A DNA stretch of 64,000 nucleotides, from assembly GCA_902627575.1 (NCBI GenBank), contig CACOJQ010000002.1, positions 6,057-70,056 on the forward strand, given 5' to 3'. Below are positions 1-10,036 of this stretch, one piece after another (positions within the stretch are counted from its first letter, which is position 1; the number at the start of each line of letters is the position of its first letter). A program made the translations under genes and the position numbers. The notes below the pieces were generated by a model. It saw only the letters and a list, made by a program, of their open reading frames with translations. It searched no databases and was not told where the DNA came from. This DNA is from an uncultured Bacteroidota bacterium. Its GTDB lineage: Bacteria > Bacteroidota > Bacteroidia > Flavobacteriales > BACL11.

Positions 1-486
1 ATGATGGATTCATTACTTTATTCTGGAGGTATGGCAGGCATGATGAATACAATATGGTTAATTATATGTGCTATGATTTTTGGTGGTGTTATGGAGTCAA
101 CAGGAATATTAAAAAGAATAGCTGAACCAATTTTAAAATACGCAAAAAATACAGGAAATTTAATTGCAACCACTGCTGGTACTTGTGTGTTTTTTAATTT
201 AACTGCATCAGATCAGTACTTAAGTATTGTTGTTTCTGGTCGTATGTTTGCTGATTCTTACAAAAAAAATAAATTAGCTCCTGAAAACTTAAGCAGAACT
301 ATAGAAGATAGTGGAACAGTAACTTCAGTATTAATTCCCTGGAACACTTGCGGGGCTACACAATCTGCAATTTTAGGAATTTCTACATTATCATACCTAC
401 CATTTTGTTTCTTCAACTTAATTTCTCCAATTATGAGTATAATTTTTGGATACTTCAACATTAAAATTAGGAAACTATCCAAATAG
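1..486 (+). CDS. nhaC: Na+/H+ antiporter NhaC family, C-terminal part (5' end lies outside the window)
   Basis: ORF open at the window edge. Polytopic hydrophobic sequence with NhaC-like stretches (TAGTCVFFNLTASDQYLSIVV, IPWNTCGATQSAILG). Confidence 0.8.
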   Translation: MMDSLLYSGGMAGMMNTIWLIICAMIFGGVMESTGILKRIAEPILKYAKNTGNLIATTAGTCVFFNLTASDQYLSIVVSGRMFADSYKKNKLAPENLSRTIEDSGTVTSVLIPWNTCGATQSAILGISTLSYLPFCFFNLISPIMSIIFGYFNIKIRKLSK

Positions 487-1605
487 TTCTTTTAATTTTT
501 TTATTGTAAAGTCAATATCTTCTTTTGTATTATATTTACTAAACGAAAATCTAATACCTGGACGTTGACTTAAAGGATCAATTTCTCTCAGCACATGTGA
601 CCCTTTATTACTACCAGAACTACACGCACTTCCTCCACTACATGCAACACCTAAAATATCTAAATTAAACAAAAGCATGTCTGATTTATCATTTTTTGGA
701 AAACTACATGAAAGAACAGTATATAAGCTTTTGTTAAGATCAGTACAATTTCCATAAAATTTTACATCTTTAATCTCTGATCTTAATTGATCAATCATAT
801 ATTTTTTTAAACTTTTTATATATCTTGCTTCTTCATTTAAATTTGCATAAGAAATCTCCATAGCCTTAGCTAATGCAGCTATTCCAATAATATTTTCTGT
901 ACCTGCTCTCATATTTCTTTCTTGCCCCCCACCTCTTATCATAGGCTCTATATTCATTTCTTCAGAAACATATATAAAGCCCACACCTTTAGGTCCATGA
1001 AACTTGTGCGCAGAAGCAGCTAAAAAATCAATATCTAAATTACTAATATCAATTGGGTAATGAGCCATTGTCTGTACAGTATCAGAATGAAATATTGCAT
1101 TGTACTTTTTGCAGAGAGCACCAATTTTTTTTATGTCTTGTATTGTTCCAATTTCATTATTAGCATGCATTATCGACACGAATGATCTAGAACTATTTTT
1201 TAAAAAATCTTCTAAATTAGATTGACAAACTATTCCGTTATTATCTAAATCAACATATGATAGCTTTATTTGATCTTGCTTCTCTAAATCTTGTAAAGGA
1301 TACAAAACACCGTGGTGAGAAATTTTAGAAGTAATAGCATGCTTAATGCGATGTGAAGCTATTCCACAATTAATTGCCATATTATCTGCTTCAGTTCCTC
1401 CGGATGTAAAATAAATGGTACCAGGTGATGTATTTAACAAATTGGCAATACTTTTTCGAGCATTTTCAATAATTATTTTGGATTCCCTTCCAAATGAGTG
1501 AATAGATGATGGATTAGCGTAATACTTTTTCATCATACTTGTCATCAACTCAATAACTTCAGGAGACAATGGTGTAGTTGCTGCGTTATCTAAATATACT
1601 CTCAT
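475..1605 (-). CDS. cysteine desulfurase (class V aminotransferase, NifS/IscS-like)
   Basis: 376 aa. N-terminal YLDNAATTP, PLP-lysine context SAHKFHGPKG, active-site Cys loop SGGSACSSGS. Confidence 0.9.
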   Translation of the reverse strand: MRVYLDNAATTPLSPEVIELMTSMMKKYYANPSSIHSFGRESKIIIENARKSIANLLNTSPGTIYFTSGGTEADNMAINCGIASHRIKHAITSKISHHGVLYPLQDLEKQDQIKLSYVDLDNNGIVCQSNLEDFLKNSSRSFVSIMHANNEIGTIQDIKKIGALCKKYNAIFHSDTVQTMAHYPIDISNLDIDFLAASAHKFHGPKGVGFIYVSEEMNIEPMIRGGGQERNMRAGTENIIGIAALAKAMEISYANLNEEARYIKSLKKYMIDQLRSEIKDVKFYGNCTDLNKSLYTVLSCSFPKNDKSDMLLFNLDILGVACSGGSACSSGSNKGSHVLREIDPLSQRPGIRFSFSKYNTKEDIDFTIKKLKELFG

Positions 1606-2987
1606 TTAATTAATAACTTTATTTCTTTTATGAGCATTTCAGAATAAAAATCAGATTTACTTTTAGAAACACCTTCAGAATATATTCTAATAATAGGTTC
1701 AGTGTTAGATTTTCGTAGATGAACCCATCCATCATCAAAATCAATCTTTAAACCATCTATAGTTGTTAATGGGTATTCATTTTCAAATCGCATTTTTAAA
1801 CTAGATAATATTTGCTCTATATTAATTTCTGGAGTTAATTTGATTTTATTTTTTGACATAAAATAAGAAGGTAATGTTTCTTTTAATGATTTTACTGAAA
1901 TATTTCTTTCAGCAATTTGACTCAAAAATAAGGCTATACCAACTAAAGCATCTCTACCATAATGTAAGCTAGGGAATATAATGCCTCCATTCCCCTCTCC
2001 TCCTATAACTGCATTATTTTTTTTCATCATCTCTATAACATTAACTTCTCCGACTGCAGACGCTTCATATAATCTACCATGTTTTTTTGCTATATCTTTT
2101 AAGGCTCGAGAAGAGGACAAGTTTGAAACTGTATTTCCCTTCTTATGTCCTAAAACATAATCGGCTATAGAAACTAAGGTATATTCTTCACCAAACATAG
2201 ATCCATCTTCACATACTATTGCTAATCTATCAACATCAGGATCAACAACAATACCAAAATCTGCTTTTGTTGAAATAACTAATTTAGAAATATCATGTAA
2301 ATTTTCAGCTAGTGGTTCTGGATTATGTGGAAATTTTCCGTTAGGATCACAATATAACTTAATGCATTCAACACCTAAAAATCCTAATAATTCAGGAACC
2401 ATAACACCACCAAAAGAATTTACAGCATCTACAACAACTTTTAGTTTTGCATTACGAATTAAATTTACTTTTACTAAATCTAATTTTAAAATTTCTTCAA
2501 TGTGTTTTTTGTTGTAGCTATCATCAAAATTGTAATTTCCTAAGTAATTAATTTCGTCATAAATAAATTTTCTATTTTTAGCAATTGAAAGAACTTCATT
2601 TCCATTTTTTTCAGATAAAAATTCACCATTACTATTTAATAATTTAAGAGCATTCCATTCTTTTGGATTATGACTTGCTGTTATTATTATTCCACCAGCA
2701 GCTTTTTCAATAATAACAGCCATTTCTATTGTAGGAGTTGTAGACAATCCAACATCTATTACATTAAAACCGCATCCAATTAAAGTACCTGAAACAATAT
2801 TACTAACCATTGGTCCCGATATTCTAGCATCTCTTCCTATAATTATATTATTACTTTGATGATTTTGATTTTTGATAAACATTGCATATGATGAAGTATA
2901 TAGAACAATGTCTAAAGGAGTTAGTGCATTGTGTATTTCACCTCCAATTGTTCCTCTAATACCAGAAATCGATTTAATTAATGTCAT
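1602..2987 (-). CDS. glmM: phosphoglucosamine mutase (alpha-D-phosphohexomutase family)
   Basis: Phosphoserine loop TASHNPKEWNALK, metal loop DPDVDR, GEGNGG sugar loop. ATG at 2987 (MTLIKSISGIRG) preferred over the ORF-track start at 3005. Confidence 0.85.
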   Translation of the reverse strand: MTLIKSISGIRGTIGGEIHNALTPLDIVLYTSSYAMFIKNQNHQSNNIIIGRDARISGPMVSNIVSGTLIGCGFNVIDVGLSTTPTIEMAVIIEKAAGGIIITASHNPKEWNALKLLNSNGEFLSEKNGNEVLSIAKNRKFIYDEINYLGNYNFDDSYNKKHIEEILKLDLVKVNLIRNAKLKVVVDAVNSFGGVMVPELLGFLGVECIKLYCDPNGKFPHNPEPLAENLHDISKLVISTKADFGIVVDPDVDRLAIVCEDGSMFGEEYTLVSIADYVLGHKKGNTVSNLSSSRALKDIAKKHGRLYEASAVGEVNVIEMMKKNNAVIGGEGNGGIIFPSLHYGRDALVGIALFLSQIAERNISVKSLKETLPSYFMSKNKIKLTPEINIEQILSSLKMRFENEYPLTTIDGLKIDFDDGWVHLRKSNTEPIIRIYSEGVSKSKSDFYSEMLIKEIKLLIK

Positions 2988-3042
2988 ATTTTTAAATATA
3001 AACAAAACTACATAATTAAATTATTGTTTGCATAATGATTAC

Positions 3043-3050
3043 TATCTTTG
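3043..3050 (+). promoter_or_regulatory. candidate Bacteroidota -7 promoter box (TAnnTTTG)
   Basis: TATCTTTG lies 27 nt upstream of the comA-like ATG, with TTG at 3024-3026 as a possible -33 element. The motif is short and expected by chance in AT-rich DNA. Confidence 0.25.
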
Positions 3051-3077
3051 TTTAAAATAAAATTTTTGATAAATCAA

Positions 3078-3821
3078 ATGACCAAAAAAAATTCTAAACC
3101 AAGAAAAAATGGTCTTACAATGATGATTGATAAAGGATTATCATTTAGAGAATCTGAAGATTTTATATTTTCATGCTCTGAACACACTGATATTGTAAAA
3201 TTTGCGTTTGGCACAAGCTTATTAACACATAATTTAAAGGAGAAAGTAAATTTATTTCACAAAAACAATATTCTTGTTCACGCGGGTGGAACACTTTTTG
3301 AATACTTTGCAATTAGAAATCAGATTCATGACTACAAAAAATTTTTAAATAAAAACAACATTAATATGGTTGAAATATCTGATGGATGTATAGATATTGA
3401 ACACGATCAAAAGTGTAAAATAATTAAAGATTTTAAAAAAGATTTTAAAGTAATTAGTGAAGTAGGAAGTAAATGTAATTCAGAAGATAATAAAATAGAA
3501 AAATGGCCCCTATGGATTCAAAAGGAATTAGATGCAGGAAGTTGGAAAGTGATTACAGAAAGTAGAGAAAGTGGAAATACAGGAATTTATAATTCAGACG
3601 GAAATATTGAAAAAAAAACGGTAGCAAAAATAATTAGTAAAATAAATATTGAAGATATTATTTGGGAGGCTCCTAAACAAAATCAACAAGCTTGGCTAAT
3701 AAATGAATTTGGGAGCAGAGTTAACCTAGGAAATATTAGCTCAAAAGACGTTTTATCTTTAGAATGTTTAAGAAGAGGATTGAGAGCAGATACATTTTTA
3801 AGTATTAACAAAAATAAATAA
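3078..3821 (+). CDS. comA: (2R)-phospho-3-sulfolactate synthase (ComA family)
   Basis: Collinear with archaeal ComA along its whole length: GLTMMIDKGL, VKFAFGTS, GGTLFEY, VEISDG, ESRESG, EAPKQNQQ, LRRGLRADTF. ATG at 3078 preferred over TTG at 3048. Confidence 0.85.
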   Translation: MTKKNSKPRKNGLTMMIDKGLSFRESEDFIFSCSEHTDIVKFAFGTSLLTHNLKEKVNLFHKNNILVHAGGTLFEYFAIRNQIHDYKKFLNKNNINMVEISDGCIDIEHDQKCKIIKDFKKDFKVISEVGSKCNSEDNKIEKWPLWIQKELDAGSWKVITESRESGNTGIYNSDGNIEKKTVAKIISKINIEDIIWEAPKQNQQAWLINEFGSRVNLGNISSKDVLSLECLRRGLRADTFLSINKNK

Positions 3822-4730
3822 ATGAACTATTACTTTATTTTATTTGTAAAAGGAATGGCGATGGGAATTGCAAACGTAATCCCCGGTGTTTCTGGGGGAA
3901 CAATTGCATTAATAACTAATATCTATGAAGAGTTAATCAACTCTTTAAAATCTTTTGATAAAAAAGCTTTAAAATTTATTTTAAAAGGAGATATCAAAGG
4001 TTTTAGTAATTATACAAATCTATACTTTCTCTTATCAATATTTACCGGAGCAATAGTAATAATGCTTTTTGTTGCTAGTTTGTTTGAGTACTTATTTGAA
4101 AACTATAGAGTATTAGTATGGTCTTTTTTCTTTGGTCTCATAATCGCCTCAATTTATTTTGTTGGAAGAAGGGTTACAAAATGGGGAAAGAACAGTATAA
4201 TTAGCTTTTTACTTGGTACTACAATAGCTCTTTCTTTGAGCTTAATAAACAAAGGAGGAGAAAATAATGATTTGTTCTTTATTTTTATTTGTGGAATTGT
4301 TGGAATAAGTGGAATGATGTTACCAGGGCTTTCTGGATCTTTCATTTTAATTTTAATGGGAAATTATGAATTACTTATGGTAAAATCTCTTACTATTGAA
4401 GGTTTTAATATTAAAATATTATCTATTTTTTGCTTAGGAAGTGTTTTTGGTTTGTTGTCTTTTTCCCACATTCTTGCTTGGATACTTAAAAAGTATAAAA
4501 ATATAACTTTATCACTTTTAACAGGATTTATTTTTGGTTCATTAAGTATAACATGGCCGTGGCAAAATCCAGCAGCTGGAAGTACCATAGAAAAAGATGG
4601 AAAAAAAGTAGTAACTGAATGGGTAAGTTACGTTCCTGATTTTAATAATGAAACAATATTTGCCATTATATTGATAAGCTTAGGTTTTTTTACTGTTTAT
4701 TGTATTGAAATGATTGATACAAAAAAATAA
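3822..4730 (+). CDS. DUF368 family membrane protein (family implicated as a polyprenyl-phosphate translocase, PopT)
   Basis: 302 aa polytopic protein with the duplicated DUF368 signature (IPGVSGGTIALI near the N-terminus, LPGLSGSFILILMG in the second half). Its start abuts the comA stop. Confidence 0.85.
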   Translation: MNYYFILFVKGMAMGIANVIPGVSGGTIALITNIYEELINSLKSFDKKALKFILKGDIKGFSNYTNLYFLLSIFTGAIVIMLFVASLFEYLFENYRVLVWSFFFGLIIASIYFVGRRVTKWGKNSIISFLLGTTIALSLSLINKGGENNDLFFIFICGIVGISGMMLPGLSGSFILILMGNYELLMVKSLTIEGFNIKILSIFCLGSVFGLLSFSHILAWILKKYKNITLSLLTGFIFGSLSITWPWQNPAAGSTIEKDGKKVVTEWVSYVPDFNNETIFAIILISLGFFTVYCIEMIDTKK

Positions 4731-4731
4731 A

Positions 4732-5448
4732 ATGAAAGTATACGGTTTAATTGGAATAAAGTTAGAGAACTCTTTTTCCAAAAAGTATTTCACAAATAAA
4801 TTTAAAAAAGAAAAAATAACTAAATCAGCATATTTTAATTTTAACTTACACGATATTTCAGATTTGAGAAGTCTTATTATTAAAAATAATATAAGCGGAT
4901 TAAATGTAACTATGCCATATAAAGAAAAAATAATTCCTTTTTTAGATGAATTAAATGAAGATGCAAAATTAATTGGCGCAGTTAATACAATTAAAGTTGA
5001 TAATGAAAAGCTAATAGGTTACAATACTGATCATATTGGTTTTGCATATAGTTTACTAGCAAATTTAAATGATAGAAAAAGAGCTTTAATTTTAGGAGAT
5101 GGAGGAGCTGCAAAAGCAGTAAAATATGTGTTAAAAAAAAATAACATTCAATTTAAAGTAATAAATAGAAATACTCATTTTGATTATATAGATATAAATC
5201 AAAAAATGATGAATGATTATGAAATTATAATAAATACAACCCCTTTGGGGTCACTTGCTGAAATTAATAAATTCCCAAACATTCCATATAAGTATATTAG
5301 TAAAAAACATCTATTGTTTGATATTATATACAATCCAAAAGAAACTAAATTTTTAGAATACGGAAAAAAATATAATGCGTTTACATTAAATGGCTTACAG
5401 ATGTTGAAAATTCAAGCAGAGGAAAGCTGGAAAATATGGAACCTTTAA
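4732..5448 (+). CDS. aroE: shikimate 5-dehydrogenase
   Basis: LNVTMPYKEKI, GAVNTI, NTDHIGF, LGDGGAAKAV Rossmann loop. ATG at 4732 (MKVYGLIG) preferred. Confidence 0.85.
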   Translation: MKVYGLIGIKLENSFSKKYFTNKFKKEKITKSAYFNFNLHDISDLRSLIIKNNISGLNVTMPYKEKIIPFLDELNEDAKLIGAVNTIKVDNEKLIGYNTDHIGFAYSLLANLNDRKRALILGDGGAAKAVKYVLKKNNIQFKVINRNTHFDYIDINQKMMNDYEIIINTTPLGSLAEINKFPNIPYKYISKKHLLFDIIYNPKETKFLEYGKKYNAFTLNGLQMLKIQAEESWKIWNL

Positions 5449-5463
5449 ATTATATATATCAAA

Positions 5464-7458
5464 ATGCAATTTAAAATTGAATCAGAATTTAAGCCAACTG
5501 GAGATCAACCAAAAGCAATTAAAAATCTTATTTCTGGATTAAAATCAAACGAAAAGTTTCAAACTCTGATGGGCGTTACTGGTTCAGGAAAAACATTCAC
5601 AATTGCAAACGTAATTAAAGAAATAAATAAACCTACTCTAATTTTAAGTCACAATAAAACATTGGCTGCACAATTATTTAGCGAGTTTAAACAATTTTTT
5701 CCAAATAATTGTGTCGAATATTTTGTTTCATATTATGATTACTATCAACCGGAAGCTTATATTCCTAGCTCGGGAACATATATTGAAAAAGATTTATCTA
5801 TTAATGAAGAAATTGAAAAATATAGATTGAGTACTACAGCTAGCTTGCTTTCAGGAAGAAATGATATAATTGTTGTTTCTTCTGTAAGTTGTATTTATGG
5901 AATTGGTAATCCAGAAGATTTTCATAACGGAATAATTGAAATAAAAAGTGGAGATAAGATTGAACAATATATTTTACTTAAAAAACTTGTTAATTCCTTG
6001 TATAGTAGAACAAACAACGAATTAACAAAAGGAAAATTTAAAGTTAAAGGAAGTATAATTGATATACATTTAGCACATAATGACATAATCTTTAGAATAA
6101 ATTTTTGGGGAAATGAAATTGAGTATATCCAAAGTATTGAACCAAAATCAGGAAATATTATTGACACACAAGATAGTGTAAGAATTTTTCCAGCAAATAT
6201 TTTTCTTTCGTCTCAAAAGAAAATTAATAATGCTATTAACAAGATTCAAGACGATTTAAAAAAGCAAGTTGATTATTTTGAAGAACTTAATTTAGTAAAT
6301 GAATCAAAAAGAATAAAAGAAAGAACAACATTTGATATTGAAATGATCAAAGAACTTGGTTACTGCTCGGGCATTGAAAACTATTCAAGATATCTTGATG
6401 GCAGAAAAGAAGGTGATAGACCATTTTGTTTATTGGACTACTTTCCAAAAGATTTTCTAACAGTAATTGATGAAAGTCATGTAACAATACCGCAAATAAG
6501 AGCTATGTATGGAGGGGACCGTTCTAGAAAAACAAATCTTGTTGAACACGGATTTAGACTACCTTCAGCATTAGATAATAGACCTTTAAAATTTGAGGAG
6601 TTTGAAAAAATTATTAATCAAACTATTTATGTGAGTGCAACGCCTGCAGATTATGAATTAATAAAATCAAATGGGGTAATTGTAGAACAAATTATTAGAC
6701 CAACGGGAGTGCTTGACCCAAAAATTGAAGTTAGAAAAAGTAAACATCAAATTGATGATTTGTTAGAAGAAATAAGACTAAGAATAAATAAAAAAGAAAG
6801 AGTTCTTGTTGTAACACTAACAAAAAGAATGAGTGAAGAGTTAAGTAAATATCTGACAAAATTTAATATTAAATGTCATTATATACATTCTGATGTCGAC
6901 ACAATGGAAAGAGTAGAAATATTACATAGTTTAAAAATTGGAGAAATTGATGTTCTTATTGGCGTAAACTTACTTAGAGAAGGATTAGATCTGCCTCAAG
7001 TAAGTCTAGTAAGTATTATAGATGCTGATAAAGAGGGATTTCTAAGATCAGAGAGAGCACTAACACAAACTGCAGGAAGAGCTGCAAGAAACATCAATGG
7101 TAAAGTTATTATGTATGCTGATAAAATAACAAAAGCTATGAAGCAAACAATTGATGAAACAAATAGAAGAAGAAGTAAACAAATTAAATTTAATTTAGAA
7201 AATGGAATTAAGCCTAAAGCACTAAATAAAAATAACAGTAGTAAAATTTTAGACAAACTTAATCCTTACAAAAGAAAAAATACAGAAGAAAATTTTATCT
7301 CAAAAAATGTATCTTTAGAGGAACTTGATATTTTGATCAAAAGAACAAAAAATGAAATGCAGAGAATGGCAAAAGAACTTAATTTTATTGGTGCGGCAAA
7401 AATGAGAGATGAACTCTATAAACTTGAAAAAAAAAGAAATAAAAAAAAACGAGCTTAA
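5464..7458 (+). CDS. uvrB: excinuclease ABC subunit B
   Basis: 664 aa. Walker A GVTGSGKT, DESH box (VIDESHVTIPQ), helicase C motifs (QTAGRAARN), C-terminal UVR motif. Confidence 0.97.
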   Translation: MQFKIESEFKPTGDQPKAIKNLISGLKSNEKFQTLMGVTGSGKTFTIANVIKEINKPTLILSHNKTLAAQLFSEFKQFFPNNCVEYFVSYYDYYQPEAYIPSSGTYIEKDLSINEEIEKYRLSTTASLLSGRNDIIVVSSVSCIYGIGNPEDFHNGIIEIKSGDKIEQYILLKKLVNSLYSRTNNELTKGKFKVKGSIIDIHLAHNDIIFRINFWGNEIEYIQSIEPKSGNIIDTQDSVRIFPANIFLSSQKKINNAINKIQDDLKKQVDYFEELNLVNESKRIKERTTFDIEMIKELGYCSGIENYSRYLDGRKEGDRPFCLLDYFPKDFLTVIDESHVTIPQIRAMYGGDRSRKTNLVEHGFRLPSALDNRPLKFEEFEKIINQTIYVSATPADYELIKSNGVIVEQIIRPTGVLDPKIEVRKSKHQIDDLLEEIRLRINKKERVLVVTLTKRMSEELSKYLTKFNIKCHYIHSDVDTMERVEILHSLKIGEIDVLIGVNLLREGLDLPQVSLVSIIDADKEGFLRSERALTQTAGRAARNINGKVIMYADKITKAMKQTIDETNRRRSKQIKFNLENGIKPKALNKNNSSKILDKLNPYKRKNTEENFISKNVSLEELDILIKRTKNEMQRMAKELNFIGAAKMRDELYKLEKKRNKKKRA

Positions 7459-7471
7459 AAAAAGCTCGTTT
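7438..7471 (-). terminator. intrinsic terminator of csp, partly bidirectional, embedded in the uvrB 3' end
   Basis: 10-bp perfect stem 7447-7456 / 7462-7471 (AAACGAGCTT / AAGCTCGTTT) with a 5-nt loop. On the minus strand it is followed by TTTTTTATTT and lies 24 nt past the csp stop. Confidence 0.55.
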
Positions 7472-7494
7472 AACAATATTATATCATAGAATGC

Positions 7495-7698
7495 TTATGC
7501 ATCTGTTTTTACAATATTCTTTGCAACAGGTCCTTTCTCACCATCTCCTGCTTCAAATGAAACGGCTGCACCCTCTTTGAGAGTTTTGTAACCTTCTACT
7601 TGAATTTCTTGAAAATGAGCAAAGTAATCAGTTCCATCAGATCCTTCGATAAAACCATATCCTTTACTTGAATTAAACCATTTTACTGTTCCTTCCAT
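7495..7698 (-). CDS. cold-shock protein (CspA family)
   Basis: 67 aa. RNP1/RNP2-like KGYGFI and DYFAHF. Confidence 0.95.
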   Translation of the reverse strand: MEGTVKWFNSSKGYGFIEGSDGTDYFAHFQEIQVEGYKTLKEGAAVSFEAGDGEKGPVAKNIVKTDA

Positions 7699-7755
7699 AA
7701 TTTTTTTTCTTAAAATTGTTAATACTATATGAGAAAAATACCCATAAATTCAGGG

Positions 7756-7763
7756 CAAATATA
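7756..7763 (-). promoter_or_regulatory. candidate -7 promoter box (TAnnTTTG) for csp
   Basis: The minus strand reads TATATTTG 57 nt upstream of the csp ATG. No well-spaced -33 TTG was seen. Confidence 0.25.
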
Positions 7764-7771
7764 TAAAAAAA

Positions 7772-8650
7772 TCAATAAATCTCTTTTTTTGCAGAATTCA
7801 AAGTATTATTTAACAACATTGCTATTGTCATTGGACCAACTCCACCTGGAACAGGAGTAATATAACTACACTTGTTCTTAACAGCATCAAAATCAACATC
7901 ACCAATTAATTTCCAACCACTTTTGGTTTTATCAGATTTGACTCTATTAATTCCAACATCTATTATACATACTCCATCCTTAATCATGTCTTCATTAACA
8001 AAATTCTTTTTTCCTATAGCAACTATTAAAATATCTGCCATTTTTGTAATCTCATGAAGTCTTTTTGTTTTACTATGAACTAAAGTAACTGTACAATTTC
8101 CAGGATTAGAATTTTTTGCCATTAGAATACTCATTGGTGAACCTACGATATGACTTCTTCCAATCACTACACAATGTTTACCAGAACAATTGATATTATA
8201 TCTTCTTAAAATCTCTATAATTCCTGCCGGAGTAGCTGGAACATATGAGGGTAGATTTAAAACCATTTTACCTATGTTTACAGGATGAAACCCATCAACA
8301 TCTTTACTTGGTGAAATTGACTGTGTAACTTTTTTTTCATCTATATGATCTGGCAAAGGTAGTTGTACTATTAATCCATCAATAGCAGAATCATCATTAA
8401 TTCTTTCAACTTCAGCTAACAAATCAGATTCGGTAATATTTTCATCTAATCTTAATAGCGTAGATTGAAAGTTAACTTCTTTACAAGCTTTAACCTTTGC
8501 ATTAACATATGTTTGACTAGCACCATCATTACCAACTAGAATTGCAGCTAAATGTGGTCTTTTATGGCCATTTTTTAATAATAAAGATACTTGGTCAGAA
8601 ATTTCATTTCTTACATCTAATGCTACTTTTTTTCCATCTAATAATATCAT
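7772..8650 (-). CDS. folD: bifunctional methylenetetrahydrofolate dehydrogenase / methenyl-THF cyclohydrolase
   Basis: YVNAKVKAC, DGLIVQLPLP, GRSHIVGSPM, PVPGGVGPMT. ATG at 8650 (MILLDGKK) preferred; the 8677 start would overlap ffh. Confidence 0.95.
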   Translation of the reverse strand: MILLDGKKVALDVRNEISDQVSLLLKNGHKRPHLAAILVGNDGASQTYVNAKVKACKEVNFQSTLLRLDENITESDLLAEVERINDDSAIDGLIVQLPLPDHIDEKKVTQSISPSKDVDGFHPVNIGKMVLNLPSYVPATPAGIIEILRRYNINCSGKHCVVIGRSHIVGSPMSILMAKNSNPGNCTVTLVHSKTKRLHEITKMADILIVAIGKKNFVNEDMIKDGVCIIDVGINRVKSDKTKSGWKLIGDVDFDAVKNKCSYITPVPGGVGPMTIAMLLNNTLNSAKKEIY

Positions 8651-8654
8651 AATA

Positions 8655-9998
8655 TTACATTCCTGGTATTCTTCCATTACCCTTCATCATTTGCATCATT
8701 TTACTAGCTCCCCCTCCTTGCATCTTTCTCATCATTTTTCCCATTTGACTAAATTGTTTTATCAGTTGATTCACTTGAACTACTGATGTACCACTTCCTT
8801 TAGCAATACGTTTTTTTCTATTTCCATTTAAAACATTTGGATTTTTTCTTTCTTCAAAGGTCATAGAATGTATTATAGCCTCTATTCCTTTGAAGGCATC
8901 ATCATCAATATCAACATTTTTAATGGCTTTTCCAACTCCAGGTATCATGCCCATTAAATCCTTCATGTTTCCCATTTTTTTTATTTGTTGAATCTGCTTT
9001 AAAAAGTCATCAAATCCAAATTGATTCTTTGCAATCTTTTTTTGAACTTTTCTAGCTTCCTCTTCATCAAATTGTTGCTGTGCTCTTTCAACTAATGAAA
9101 TCACATCACCCATACCTAAAATTCGTCCTGCCATTCTATCAGGATAAAAAATATCAAGACCATCCATTTTTTCTGATGTACCAATAAATTTGATAGGCTT
9201 ATCTACAACTGAACGAATAGTTAAAGCTGCACCTCCTCTTGTGTCTCCATCAAGTTTGGTAAGTATTACACCGTCATAATTTAATCTATCATTAAAAGCT
9301 TTTGCAGTATTAACAGCATCTTGTCCTGTCATAGAATCAACAACAAAAAGAATTTCATGAGGATTAACAGTTTCTTTAATATTTGTAATCTCAGTCATCA
9401 TTTTTTCATCAATTGCTAATCTTCCTGCTGTATCAATTATAACTACATTATGACCATTTTTTTTAGCATATTTTATAGCATCATTTGCAATTTTGATTGG
9501 ATCTTTTATTTCTAAATCTTTATAAACATCTACATCAACTTGGTTAGCTAAAACACTTATTTGATCAATTGCGGCGGGACGATAAACATCACAGGCTACC
9601 ATTAGTGGTTTTTTCTTTTTTTTACTTTTAAGATGAAGTGCAAGTTTTCCGGTAAATGTTGTTTTACCACTACCTTGTAAACCAGCTACTAATATGACTG
9701 TAGGATTAGCTGACAAACTAATATCAGAAGATTCACTACCCATTAGTAATGCTAACTCATCCTTCATTATTTTAGTTAGAAGTTGACCTGGATCAATAGA
9801 AGTCAATACTTTTTGACCAATTGCTTTTTCTTTAACGCTATTTGTAAATAATTTAGCTGTTTTAAAATCAACATCAGCAGAAATTAATGCTCGACGTATT
9901 TCTTTCATTGTTTGAGCAACATTAATTTCAGAAATACTTCCTTGACCCTTAAGGACTTTAAAAGCTTTTTCTAGTTTTTGGGATAAATTCTCAAACAT
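8655..9998 (-). CDS. ffh: signal recognition particle protein Ffh
   Basis: GLQGSGKTT, DTAGRL, TKLDGD, Met-rich M-domain tail. Confidence 0.97.
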   Translation of the reverse strand: MFENLSQKLEKAFKVLKGQGSISEINVAQTMKEIRRALISADVDFKTAKLFTNSVKEKAIGQKVLTSIDPGQLLTKIMKDELALLMGSESSDISLSANPTVILVAGLQGSGKTTFTGKLALHLKSKKKKKPLMVACDVYRPAAIDQISVLANQVDVDVYKDLEIKDPIKIANDAIKYAKKNGHNVVIIDTAGRLAIDEKMMTEITNIKETVNPHEILFVVDSMTGQDAVNTAKAFNDRLNYDGVILTKLDGDTRGGAALTIRSVVDKPIKFIGTSEKMDGLDIFYPDRMAGRILGMGDVISLVERAQQQFDEEEARKVQKKIAKNQFGFDDFLKQIQQIKKMGNMKDLMGMIPGVGKAIKNVDIDDDAFKGIEAIIHSMTFEERKNPNVLNGNRKKRIAKGSGTSVVQVNQLIKQFSQMGKMMRKMQGGGASKMMQMMKGNGRIPGM

Positions 9999-10036
9999 AT
10001 GAGTTTTTTTTTATGATACAAAATTAATCATTTCAT

